Shown here one piece after another: positions 41,460 to 54,943 of a DNA stretch of 64,000 bases; within the stretch, counting starts at the first letter, position 1; the number at the start of each line of letters is the position of its first letter. Where the stretch lies: contig NC_043010.1 of the NCBI RefSeq assembly GCF_006345805.1, positions 25,544,001 to 25,608,000 on the forward strand, written 5' to 3'. This stretch comes from Octopus sinensis. Its lineage: Eukaryota. The position numbers and the translations under genes are program-made. The notes below the pieces were generated by a model. That model was not told where the DNA came from, did no database searches, and saw only the letters and a program-made list of their open reading frames with translations.

Positions 41460-41887
41460 ATATATAAATCACTTAGCATTCATTCTCAAATTGCATCCAT
41501 TTGGTCTACAAGCTACACACACACGCACACACATACTGATGTGTATGTGTTCAATCGGCCAATTTGATGTTAATGTGATACACATCAAGACAACTTACCA
41601 TGCATGATATTTCTTGCATTAGGAAACTTAAAATTGAGAATTAATTTGCCACCAAGTAAATCTGTACTGGGGACAATTTCTTTGCATCGTGATTTTGGTT
41701 TAAACTTTACTATAAGCACTTTTACTTTTAATTATTTTTTTTTTATAATTCGTTTTTTTCTTTCTTTTTGATGTCAGGGTTTTTTTTTCTGTTTCATTTG
41801 TTAGATCAATCTCAGCAAACATCAACCCAGTTAGAAACTACTATTTAATCAAGCATATTTTGGTGATAATTACAAAGTTGACTAGCA

Positions 41888-41936
<49 letters not shown>

Positions 41937-42015
41937 GTATGTATATATATATTTATATACATGTGTATATATATATACATGTATATATATGTATATTTAT
42001 GTGTATATATGTGTG

Positions 42016-42071
<56 letters not shown>

Positions 42072-42082
42072 TTATATATGTA

Positions 42083-42181
<99 letters not shown>

Positions 42182-42739
42182 ACTTAGTATTGTATTATAT
42201 CATATTATATTATAAGAAAAGGGCTACATATTGGTAATCTGTAGGCTATTATTTTACTGTAATATTACTCAGCAACTGCAGGGCAACTAACTTTGATCTT
42301 CTTTCTGTGTCCTCCTCGTTGAATCCTCTCCAAATAAGATATGTCATTCTTTTTTCATTGCTTGCTTTGCTAATACATACACACATGCATATGTTCATAT
42401 ACACCCCCCACACACATATATTTCTTTTCCTACATCTTTAATCTTATTTGACCTAACTTAGGACCAAATCTGGATACGAGAGTAAAATTAGCACAACACA
42501 AAGATCTATTGATTTTTGTTCCTTTTCTCTTCTTTTTAATGTTAGTCCCAATTGTCCTAATCTCCACTGTTGACAGGCTTTTCCTGTTGCTGTGTACAGT
42601 GCATTTACGTACAATTCACTTGATGTTCCTCGGAACCCACCTAAGATAACAGTTTCGTTCCCTGTAACACTACTTACAACACATGCATACAGACATACAT
42701 ATGCATATATATAATATTATATATATACATACATACATA

Positions 42740-42782
<43 letters not shown>

Positions 42783-43197
42783 CACTTAGCATTCATTCTC
42801 AAATTGCATCCATTTGGTCTACAAGCTACACACACACGCACACACATACTGATGTGTATGTGTTCAATCGGCCAATTTGATGTTAATGTGATAACATCAA
42901 GACAACTTACCATGCATGATATTCTTGCATTAGGAAACTTAAAATTGAGAATTAATTTGCCACCAGTAAATCTGTACTGGGGACAATTTCTTTGCATCGT
43001 GATTTTGGTTTAAACTTTACTATAAGCACTTTTACTTTTAATTATTTTTTTTTTATAATTCGTTTTTTTCTTTCTTTTTGATGTCAGGGTTTTTTTTTCT
43101 GTTTCATTTGTTAGATCAATCTCAGCAAACATCAACCCAGTTAGAAACTACTATTTAATCAAGCATATTTTGGTGATAATTACAAAGTTGACTAGCA

Positions 43198-43240
<43 letters not shown>
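40630..43240. repeat. Tandem duplication with a unit of about 1.3 kb (about 40630-41935 and 41936-43240)
   Basis: Unique sequence 40861-41890 is repeated at 42181-43200; the differences are almost all 1-bp indels. Confidence 0.9.
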
Positions 43241-43250
<10 letters not shown>

Positions 43251-43689
43251 GTATGTATATATATATATATGTATGTATGTATATATATATGTATGTGTGT
43301 GTATATATATATTTACATATATACTAATGTGTGTATGTATATATATATACATACATACATACATACATACATACATACATACATACATACATACATGTAT
43401 ACATACATGTGGCCAGACTCCCCTGGCACCTGTGCCCGTGGCACGTAAAAAGCACCCACTACACTCACGGAGTGGTTGGCATTAGGTAGGGCATCCAGCT
43501 GTAGAAACACTGCCAGATCAGACTGGAGCCTGGTGCAGCCTCCCGGTTTCCCAGACCCTGGTCGAACCGTCCAACCTGTGCTAGCGCGGAAAACGGACGT
43601 TAAACAATGATGATATATATATATATATATATATATATAGATATAATCTGTATATAATGTATAAAGCTTTCATGATACGGTGAAGTGTA

Positions 43690-44690
43690 TGTACACACAC
43701 ATATGCGCGTACACACACACGCGTACGCAAACATACACACACAGGAATGCACAGAAACCTATCCCACCCAACCCCACGCACACACAGACACACATACCTT
43801 TAGACACACACACATGAACGTACACACAACCACATACATGCACATACTCAAGCACACGTGCGTACACACTATAAAATGAACACAACCTGACACACATCTC
43901 CACGTTCACACACACGCACACAACCTGACACACGTCTCCACATTCTCACACACACATATACACACGCACGCACATACACACATGCACACACGCACATACA
44001 CATACACACACATACATACGCACATAATACATGCACACACACATATACACACACACACACCAGCAAAACATGCCCACATATACCTCCATAAACAATACTC
44101 ATACAGATACGTACACAATTATACACAATGGGCACAGATACACACGCACATACATGCACGTAAGCACACACAAGCTCACGCATGCACATTACGCCTACAC
44201 AACTTCCAAAACTCCCACACACACACACATACACAAATTCACATACACACAATATATGCCTACACGCGCACATACACATATGTATACACAAATAGACACA
44301 GACACACACACACACGCACACAAAAACATGCACACACATACGCACACACACACAAATGCACACACCCAACACTCACAACCCCACGGATACACATATATAC
44401 ACCCACATACACTTACACACACACATACACACGCACACATACACGCACACACAACTACATGCACATACATACACACACACACACACACAAATGAACCCAC
44501 ACATACATCCCATACACACAGCACACAATTATACATACATGTGTACACACATACGCACGTACAAGCACACACGCACACATACACAAATTAAAGCACAGTT
44601 ATTCGCCATACACAAACTCTACGCATACACACACGAACACACACACACACACACACCACACACACACACTACAAACAAAACACACATACT
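43690..44690. repeat. Cryptic (CA)n-derived low-complexity tract of about 1 kb
   Basis: Mostly alternating purine/pyrimidine CA/TA/CG units; source of the H/T-rich and C/V-rich pseudo-ORFs. Confidence 0.9.
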
Positions 44691-44969
44691 TCAAACTAGC
44701 AGTACCTCTCACTGACCATGGGTAGACACAAGAGCCACTCCTAATTCCTTCTTCCTTGACCTTAAACAATACTAAGCCCTACAACACACATAGATTAACA
44801 GCCACAACCACACACACACACACACACGTGTTATCCTTGCACGCATACACACACACGCAGACCTTCGCGCATGCACATATCCACACTTACTTACATATAC
44901 CTCCTCTTGCACTCTCCTGTCTTTGAAAGAACTTTTCTTCACCCATTTCCTTCCGGTCATTCAAAATGT

Positions 44970-45172
44970 GACCGCGTGTGTACCGTTGGCGATTTTTTTT
45001 TCCTCTGTCTTCCCTTCTCTAGATCTTTCCTTTTCCTATGTTTCTGACGAAGAGCTCTGCTCGAAACGTTAAACCCTCCTTCTTCCCTTCCTTCCTGAGC
45101 GTCCAATAATACTATATTTGTTCCACGTCCTCGCGTTGTGTTTTCTCTTTGTGTTTTCATGTTTGGATTAAC
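44970..45172 (+). mobile_element. About 200-bp PLE-derived hammerhead element, copy 3, with canonical core
   Basis: GTTT(45040)-CTGACGA(45044-45050)-A-GAGC-TCT-GCTC-GAAA(45063-45066)-CGTT-AAAC(45074); ends GGATTAAC + (TA)n. Confidence 0.7.
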
Positions 45173-46607
45173 TATATATATATATATATATACACACACA
45201 TATATTTTTATACATTATATAAAGTATGTGCATCATTTATCTTATTCTTAGTTTTTTGAATATATAAAATATATAAACATAATTTATGTCTTCATTATTA
45301 TATGTTATATATTATATATCATACATTCCGCTGAGGTCGGCTTTGCTTTTCGTCTCTTTCAGAGTCGAAAAATTAAGTATCAGTTGCGTACTGGGGTCGA
45401 TCTAATTGACTGACCCCCCCTATCCCCACCTCTCCAAAAATTTCAGGCCTTGTGCCTAGAGTAGAAAGGATTACATTTCATTTATACATAGTTTATCTTA
45501 TTGCTATAGTTTTATACGTTATTTGTAAAACTATTGAAATCATTGCAAGACACAACGATAATTTTAGAAAAATAAAGAAGGAAATGAGTGGAAACTTTAG
45601 TGTTAAATTATAAGGTACTAAAAGAGAGTGACTCTTCTCAGACACAACAGAATATATACATAGTGTATCTTATACTTTTATACATTATATATATATATAT
45701 AATATATATATATACGTACACACATAGTTTACCATTCTTATAACTTTATACATTATATATACAATATATATTTATGTTAACAAAGTTAAAATTTGTTTCA
45801 TTGTCTCTCTTGTCTTTGATCAAGTCTTTTTTCGTTTTTTAAGTATTAATGCTTTTAGCTCATTAAATCACATTCAAACTACCTTGATTCCAATCACTTT
45901 GGTCTAACTTTTTAGCTTTAATAGCATTTAATTAGCTCCTCATTAAAGTTTATCAGTTTCATGTCCATGCATTCTCATCACATGTATAAAAGCATTGCAC
46001 TTTTCCATCACAGCATATTTTCATCATCATCATCATCATCACCATCATCTTCGACCTGATATCCAAGCAAGCTAATATTTCCTTGTAGCCAGACATGTTT
46101 TCGGATATTAAGGTTACTGCTTTTATGATAGCAGTACTTGTTGACACTATCACATGATGTCAAGACAAGGAAATACAAACACACACACACACACTTTCAA
46201 ACAACAGAAGTCTTTCAGCGTCTCACTACGAAATCTACTCACAGCTTTGGTCAACGTGGGGCTATATTAAAAGACACTTGCCCAAGGTGCCACACAGTGG
46301 GACTGAATCTCCATCCAGGGTAACTGGGAAGTAAACTTCTCAACTACACAGCCATGCTTGGGTCTTTGTATATAAAAATATATATTTTTTTAATCTTTTA
46401 CTTGTTTCAGTCATTGGACTGCAGCCATGCTGGGTCATTGCATTGAAGAATTTTTAGTGAAATGAATCAAGCCCAGTCCTTATTTTATTTTTAAGCCCGA
46501 AACTTATGCTATCGGTCTCTTTTGCTGAACCATTAAGTTATGGAAACATAAACACACCAACACTTGTTGTCAAATGGGGGTGGAAGGGGGTCAAACATAG
46601 ACACAAA

Positions 46608-46646
<39 letters not shown>

Positions 46647-47757
46647 CACAGCAAAAACCTAGGGCTGAACCTAGAACCATGTGGTTGTGAAGCAAACTTT
46701 TTGCCACACATCCATGACTGTACCTAATTTCTATATATTGTGATAAAAATTTATTTTAGAATATTATATTGGGAGGAAATGGAAATTAGTTGAAGAACAA
46801 ATTACTTTTTGTATCCACAGAAGAAAACAATGAGTCATAAACATGTATGATTTTACCCTGTCACATTTAAACAGGCCATATCTGGCCCACATATTTTACT
46901 TGTTTTATGTTCAAACTGACCAGATCCAGCCACTCATGCTTATCCTACAATATCATACTAAAAATAAACAACTGCATCATCGAAATCTTCAAGCTGTGAG
47001 ATAATGCATGGCGTTAGGAAGGGCATCCAGCTGTAGAAACTCTGCCAGATCAAATTGGAGCCTGCTGCAGCCATCTGGTTTGCTAGACCTCAGTCAAATT
47101 GTCCAACCAATGCTAGCATGGAAAGCAGACATTAAACGATGATGATGATGATGATGTGAATAAATATACATCAGACTGAACTGAATAATCTGAATGCTAA
47201 GGAGTTAATTTGAAAGTTATGACATACATGATAATATTGGGCACCATCATCATTCTTCTAAATGGTCACAATACTTATTAGAAACAACAGCCAAATATCT
47301 TCAATGCATGTGCCTATTATCCTGAAAGGGACGGACTTGCTTCTTTTCCACTTTGTGACAGTTTCACCGTTCACTTTTCTGTGATCTATCTTGTGTGTTA
47401 TGCACATAGTTTTTGGCTTTTGTTGCTGTCTTTCTTTACTCAACTTGTTGCTGCTTTCTGCTCCCACTTTTAACCTTTCCCTGATGAGTTTTAGTGCACC
47501 GGAGAACTGTATACAATAAACTTATCATCATCATCATCATTGTTTAATGTCCGTTTTCCATGCTAGCATGGGTTGGACGGTTCTACAGTTGGATGCCCTT
47601 CCTAACACCAACCATTGCCTGTATGTAGTGGGTGCTTTTTACATTCCACTGGCACAAGGGCCAGAGGAGGCTGGCAAATACCCATGATCGGTTGATGCTT
47701 TTTATGTGTCACCGACACGGAACTTGTATTTATTAAAATATAAATCTCATCACCATA

Positions 47758-47856
47758 ATCATTGTTGTCGTCATCAATGTCATCACCATCATCATTGTTG
47801 TCGTCATCATTGTCATCATCATTATCATTGTTGTCGTCATCATTGTCATCACCATC

Positions 47857-47857
<1 letters not shown>
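47758..47857. repeat. 33-bp unit x3 built from (CAT)n variants
   Basis: atcattgttgtcgtcatcattgtcatcaccatc repeated three times, followed by (AGT)n. Confidence 0.8.
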
Positions 47858-47888
<31 letters not shown>

Positions 47889-48764
47889 CAGCAGCAGTAA
47901 TAGTAATGCAGAATTGTTAGCACACCAGGAAAAATGCTTTGCAACATTTTTTTCCAGCTTTACATTCTGAGTTCAAATTCCTCCAAGGTTGACTTTGATT
48001 TTTGTCCTTTGAGGGTCAATAAATTAAGTACTGGTCAAGCAGTCATTATAATTGATTAGCCCCTTTCCCCCGAATTTCAAAAATCCTGAATAACCCTAAA
48101 AAGTCTTAATCTTAAGGAAAAAAATGATAGGGTGGGCACGTCACAAACACATTTAATAAAAGGTCCGCAGCAACAGTGGGTTTATTAAATTTTAGTTAAT
48201 ATCAAGTCAAATATTTCTTTGGATTATCTAACAGAATGAGTTGGGTGCTTATCAAACATGGCACTATTTTTTTGAATTCTTGAACTACTCATCAGGGAAA
48301 TATGTATGGGAAATAAACATCAAAACAATATATATCATGCTATATATCGTGTCCACCTCACTACCATGTTTCTGAGTTGTTATGTCACACACAAAATAGT
48401 AGCTGTGTGTTTAAGGTACCATTTTGCAAAAATATTATGAGATCGAAAGTTGAAATTAGATTGAAATTTAAATTAAAACCGTGCATCAAAATTTCATGTT
48501 AATTTATGTTTCAAATACCAGATTAATAATGGACAATGTTATTTTACTAAATACCTCATTATTTTCAAAATTAATTAAAACAAATACAGTGTATTTCAAC
48601 AGAAGAATGGAAAAGAAAAGGTTAAACCTCTTGTTTCCATAGTTAAGGCAAATGTCTAAATTCATGCAGGCAACTTTCTTTTACAAAGCGGAAATACACA
48701 GACAAGTGTGTACATACATACATACATGTATACATACAGACTGACATATATATATATGTGTGTG

Positions 48765-48834
<70 letters not shown>

Positions 48835-48878
48835 CATACATATATATATATATACATATACATACATACATATTTATA

Positions 48879-48916
<38 letters not shown>

Positions 48917-49953
48917 GCACATATGCATTTATGTTTGTGTCTGTGCATGTACTTCAGTGGGTTGTGTATATAAATAGGTATGTAGGTTGTATATTCTGTA
49001 TGCCATTGGTATTGTTATTTCTTTAGTTGTTAACATGGCTTTAAGAAGACCTCTATACATTGTTCTGTTTCAAGCTATTTCCTCTGCATTGTCTGAGGTC
49101 AGCCTCTAATTATCACACTCTTCATTCATATGTTTCCTTCTGCTTCAAATATTATCAACTTTGTAACTTGTTCATCCAGTTCTCAGTTTATATTCTCAAC
49201 TACTCGCATAGATTCCTTCAGTATATTTGGAGCCAACAGGACAAGCCTCTATGTGGTTGCTCGACCTGCTAGAAATAACAAGTCAAATTGTATCCTGCTG
49301 TCTTAAAAAAGAAGGAAGAAAGAATATGTTGGACAGTGAGACAATATAGTCAGATGAATGGTTTTATGGAAAGATGAGATAGTCATGACTAGAATGTCCT
49401 TGATTAAATGTCTGTTTGAGCAGCGCTGACTTGTGTCAATACAACAGCTGTCTCTCAAATGGTTTATGAGTCTCCTTTCATTTGCTTCATTAACTAATAA
49501 TAATGATAATCCATTTTACTATAGGCACAATGCCAGAAATTCTAGGGGATTGGGCTAGTCGATTGCATTGACCCCAGTCCTTGACTTGTACTTCATTTCA
49601 TCAACCCTGAAAAGATAAAAGGCAAAGTTGACCTTTGCAAGGTTTGAAACCAAGTCCTTTAGTTTATCAACTCCAAGAGGAATGAAAAGCAAAACTAACC
49701 TCAGCTAGGTTTGAACTCAGAATGTGACTGGACAAAACAGAGTATTCTTCTGCCTTAATTATAATAACTTTCATTGTTTCTAATATTGTATTCGGCCCCA
49801 CATTTGGTGTGGAGGCTATAGTTGATTATATCGATTATAGTTCTAGATGGTACTTTATTGACCCAGAAGAATGAAAGGCAAAGTTGACCTCAGCAGGATT
49901 TGAACTCAGAACATAAAGATCCATAACTAAAAACTGCTTTGCGTTTTGTTTAA

Positions 49954-50337
49954 TCTCTCTCTATATAAACGGCAGTTTGTCTGTGCGTGTTTCTGTGTGT
50001 CTGTTTGCTTGTACCCTCACCCTGACCACGGCTTTCAACCGATTCTGATGAAACTTGACACACACATAGCCCAATGTCATAATTCAAAACTAACGCAGCG
50101 AAAATTTTGAAAAGTTCCCCCAGTTCTGAAAAAAATCGATAAATTCGACATGGGGTCGAGAATCAGAAACACGAACCACAAACTGTCTAGGGGACGCAAC
50201 TCCACCTTTTTTAAATCTCAAAAAAAATTTACCATAATTTTTTTCCATTTTTTTGCTATTTTTTGGCTATAACTCTCTAAAAATGCTTTATAGTTATTTC
50301 CCTTACAAACCTGAGCAACGCCGGGCGATACTGCTAG
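49954..50337 (+). mobile_element. Non-autonomous Helitron with the same 3' end as 25292-25581 but a different 5' body
   Basis: A|TCtctctctatataaacgg 5' end; the last ~90 bp (ttttttgctattttttggcta...gagcaacgccgggcgatactgCTAG|T) is shared with the 25.3-kb copy. Confidence 0.75.
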
Positions 50338-50489
50338 TACTTTAATAATTATGCAAATTTACTAATGAAGTATTAGATTCTCTTTATAATAACTTATGAT
50401 ATTTAATAAAAAAAACTTTATTAGATTAAGCATTTCTCTTTCTAATGTCAACTGATGATAAAGCCTTTGTTTAGTTCATCCACATAACT

Positions 50490-50690
50490 GTTTGAGGGGC
50501 ATAGGGCTGCAACCATTTCATGCCAATAAGCATGATCTTGAGCAACCACCTCGATTTCAGATAAAGGGAGACTACCTGCTTTCACTTCATCCTCTACGCA
50601 TCCTTTCCAGGTCTTCTCGGGTCATCCAATTTTCCACTGTCCTTCAGATTGCCAGTCTAATTTTTCACCTTGGATAATACCTCAGTTTTT
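50490..50690 (-). mobile_element. RTE-clade LINE ORF2 C-terminal remnant
   Basis: Minus frame G*PEKTWKGCVEDEVKAGSLPLSEIEVVAQDHAYWHEMVAALCPS resembles the RTE C-terminal GRPKKTW...AQDR..WR..VAALC motif. Confidence 0.55.
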
Positions 50691-50816
50691 GAGATGTTTG
50701 CCAGCAGGCATTGACATTGTAGCCAGAGGTTCACAGGTTGTATTCTGAGTAAGGTCTATGGAACTCTGGACATTACAAGAATGTACAGAAGATGAACCAT
50801 CAAGAACAATGTAGCT

Positions 50817-51099
50817 CAGTGGTTCTTGACCCTTTTTTCCCCTATGGATTCCTTTGATTCCTATTCTACTCAGATGTACCCTCATAGCCATTCAATGTTT
50901 AAAACATCTTATTATATTTTTATAATTAAATATCATTTGGATTGTATAAAAATTAATTATCAACATTTTCTGTGAATTTTAGAATTATAACCAATTTATT
51001 GCCGATAAATTGTAACAAAATCTTATATGGACCCCCCACCCTCCGGCCATATGGAACCCCCACCCTCAGGGCCATATGGACCCCAGTTGAGAATCACTG
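50817..51099. mobile_element. hAT-type MITE
   Basis: TIRs CAGTGGTTCTTGAC / GTTGAGAATCACTG; internal duplication of ccatatgga.ccccaccctc near the right end. Confidence 0.6.
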
Positions 51100-52254
51100 A
51101 TCCAGACAGCTCTGGCTGAAAAGAGATGACGGGTAGGGTCAATAGAATGCCACCAGGACACAAATTTAGGCATGTTTAACCTAGGTTAGGTCACCCTGAT
51201 GATAGGGTATGTTGTAAGGCTCAAAACACCCAGGAACCCCATGATATAACAGTGATGATGCATCCCATTATTGCATCTCTAGATGTATGTATAACTGCTT
51301 ATTTTCCATTATCTATCATGAAAAGAAAAAAAAAACATGCATGATTTCCTTATCTCTTAAAATTGCTTTTTTAATTGTATTAAACAGGTTATTACATTTC
51401 TAAAATATTAATCTATTTAATAAGAAATTTTTTTTTTTTAAGGTGATTAATTTTTATCTTTCATGTGTGATACTTCCCTGATATAGATTTCCTGTTTGTG
51501 CCATCACTATTTATAACTGTCAATATTTTATTGCTAACTCCTAACCTATACTTTGCAGGAGTGGGTTGTTGTATATATTCTTCAATATATTTTTGTTTTG
51601 TTTTCCAATTTACCTGTGTATACAGTATATAGCTACTGGTTTATATTAGTTTCCTTGTTTGATTAGCTCACTTGTTTACTAATACCTGAGACAGCTTTCC
51701 TTTTTTTTTTTTTTGCTTTCCTCTTATCAATATTTTCACACATATGATTCATTCTGAACCAAACTTGAATAGAATATCGATCTTTTCTCATCTCACCTCA
51801 AAGAAAACTCATCACTAAACCAATATTCTGCTTCTAAATTTCTCTTCATAACACTCAACTTTAATTCAGATGGCAGGTCAAATCTATCACCAAGTTAATA
51901 CCACCACCATCACCACCCACCACCATCACCACCACTACCACCTGGTACATGGGCGTCTTTAGTAAAGTTGACCCTGTTGCAAGCCTTCAGGTCAGGTCTT
52001 TGCTTTGAGGAACTTGGTATGTTAATACACTGCTTCCCATTGTGACAACCCATGAGTTGTGGATTCTTTTTACTTTTCCTTCACCAACCAGGAAGGCCTT
52101 GCAAAAACAATGCATTGAGTACTGATTTACCTGCAAAGAAAACAAAAAATTAAAAAATGTATGTTCATTGATTTGTTAAGTAGTCTACTTTTAAAAGAAA
52201 AAGGAAAAAACAAGAAATAAACAAAGAAAGAAAACCTTGCTACGTTATTATTCT

Positions 52255-52660
52255 GTTATTCTTTTATTTGTTTCAGTCATTTGACTGCAGCCATGCTGGA
52301 GCACCGCCTTTAGTCAAACAAATCGACCCCAGAACTTATTCTTTCTAAGCCTAGTACTTATTCTATTGGTCTCTTTTGCCAAACCACTATGTTACGGGGC
52401 CATAAACATATCAGCATCAGTTGTCAAGCAATGGTGGGAGGACAAACACAGACACGCAAACAAACAATATATATATATATATATATACACATATATACGA
52501 TGGGCTTCTTTCAGTTTCCGTCTACCAAATCCACCCACAAGGCTTTGGTTGGCCCAAGGCTATAGCAAAAGACACTTGCCCAAGGTGCCATGCAGTGGGA
52601 CTGAACCTGGAACCATATGGTTAGTAAGCAAGCTACTTACCACACAGCCACTCCTATGCC
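52255..52660 (-). mobile_element. tRNA-derived SINE, family A
   Basis: Full-length reverse copy. Confidence 0.85.
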
Positions 52661-53833
52661 TATGTTAACTATCCTGAATCTTACAACTGACAAGTGTTTT
52701 AAGGGCACCATTTTGTGATCTGTTAATGAGTTGCTTATCCATTCCTTGATGTTGTCTGTCCATTCCTCCAATATATTGAAAAGCCATTAGATCTTGTTAA
52801 ATGGCCATACCATCTCAACTATCATTCCTCCACTGTCTTAGGAAGGTGTTTATGGGGGCCAGTGTGATGTTTGAATGGTTTCACAAACCCACTTGTTAGT
52901 TTGCCAAATTCTTCAAACACCAGCTTAATGATGATGAAGTTATTTTACTAAATTCTTCATTATTTCCAAAAATTAATCAAACCAAATGCAATGCATTTCT
53001 AGAAGAAAAAGGTTAAAGTGATATAATTTAAAACCTTGTATTAAAATTCCTTGTTAATTTATATTCTGAACACCAGCTTGATAATGACAAAGTTATTTTA
53101 CTAAATTCTTCGTTATTTTCAAAATTGATTGAAGCAGAAGTAGTGTATTTCTTCAGAAATATGGTAATGAAAGGGTTAAAAAGACTGCTTTGAACTAAAA
53201 TATTTGATGAGACTGTTTGCATAAAATAAATTGGAAAGAAATCTTGTTCTCAGTCTCATTGAAATATATCTTGACCTCATTTGAAAGTGTCCATATATTT
53301 AAAAAAAAAAATTAACATTAAAAATGAAAGTAAAACAAACCCCTTAAAAATAAATAAAAATCTTATACAAAATTTTCTTTGATTGAATTAGTCATTCAAT
53401 ATGAGTAGATCAGTTTTTGATTAAAATGTTTGTCTATGAGTCAAAAATAAAGGGGAAATCTTCAGAATGTTTAAGTGGAAAAAATAAGCTATTGCTTTTA
53501 AGTCACCATGTTTGTTTATATTTCCATGGTTTAAAAAAAACATGTCGTCAAATTTATTATTGAAATTGTTGTCATCATCATCATGCTCCTCCTCTTCTCC
53601 TTCTTCCTCATCATTATGTTGTAGTAGTTGGAGGGTGGTGGATTAACAGAAGTCAGAATTTAAAAATGCCTTATAGTATTTTCTTTTTGCTCTGTCCTTT
53701 CTGGGTTCCTATCCCACAGAGGCCAACTTTACCTTTTCACCTTTCAGGGTCAGTGTTTTAGGAGGTGGCAGGCTGGCAGAATCTTAAGAACATCAGGAAA
53801 AATGCTTCTTCTTGATCCTTTACATTCTGTACC

Positions 53834-54243
53834 AGGCGCAGGAGTGGCTGTGTGGTAAGTAGCTTACTAACCAACCACATGGTTCCGGGTTCAGTCCCAC
53901 TGCGTGGCATCTTGGGCAAGTGTCTTCTGCTATAGCCCCGGGCCGACCAATGCCTTGTGAGTGGATTTGGTAGACGGAAACTGAAAGAAGCCTGTCATAT
54001 ATATGTATATATATATATATATTATATATATAATATATATGTTTGTGTGTCTGTGTTTGTCCCCCTAGCATTGCTTGACAACCGATGCTGGTGTGTTTAC
54101 GTCCCTGTCACTTAGCGGTTCGGCATAAGAATAAGTACTGGGCTTACAAAGAATAAGTCCCGGGGTCGATTTGCTCAACTAAAGGTGGTGCTCCAGCATG
54201 GCCGTAGTCAAATGACTGAAACAAGTAAAAGAGTAAAAGAGTA
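53834..54243 (+). mobile_element. tRNA-derived SINE, family A, young copy nested in a family-B SINE
   Basis: Close to consensus with CpGs retained; attctg occurs on both sides (possible TSD); the host family-B SINE spans about 53760-54620. Confidence 0.85.
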
Positions 54244-54310
54244 AATTCTGAGATCAAATCTTGCTGAAGTCAGCTTTACCTTGCATCCTTTCAAGGTTGA
54301 TGAAGTAAAG

Positions 54311-54551
54311 CAGTGGTTCCCAAACTTTTTCAGGCTGCTGCCCCCTTGGTTCCTAATGCTCCCTATCTCTCACCATCACAGACATAGACCATTTTCTGCA
54401 GAAAATTCAAAACTTCACCTATTTAACCCTTTATTTGTTTGTTTCTTTACATCCACTGCCCCGTTTTGGTCACCCCATTATTGCCCCAATTTTCTTCATG
54501 GATCTTTCCACCTCACCCAGGGAGCAGTACTGCCCACTTTGCAAACCACTG
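54311..54551. mobile_element. hAT-type MITE nested in a SINE
   Basis: TIRs CAGTGGTTCCCAAA / TTTGCAAACCACTG; flanks aagtaaag/aagtactg (6 of 8); the host SINE sequence resumes after it. Confidence 0.6.
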
Positions 54552-54694
54552 AAGTACTGGGGCCAGTATAACTGATGCTTTCCCTACCCCTAAAATGCCA
54601 GACTTGTGCCAAAATTTGAAAGTTATAAAGGCACCAACTGTGCTGAGCCTTTACCATTTCAGACAAAGTGCATAACAGCATCTCTTTTGGCTTT

Positions 54695-54881
54695 TTGTCT
54701 CTTTTAACTCTTTAGCCATTCGACTGTGGCCATGCTTTGGCACTGCTTTGAAGAATTTTAGTTGATCAAATGGACACCATACATTTTTTTAAAGCCTGGT
54801 ACTTATTCTAACAGTCCCTTTTGCTAAACTGCTAAGTTATGAGGGATGTAAACACACCAACACTGGTTGTCAAGCAATGGT

Positions 54882-54943
<62 letters not shown>

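Noticed and set aside
47258-47515. Minus-strand 69-aa ORF with acceptor, and a plus-strand CTGATGAG resembling a hammerhead core
   Set aside because: No GAAA follows the putative stem II and no stems I or III can be built. The ORF has no recognisable homology.
52366-52668. Recurrent ORFs such as ...[17 protein letters not shown]... and ...DTCPRCHAVGLNLEP...
   Set aside because: They are translations of the family-A SINE and recur in many copies on both strands; not genes.
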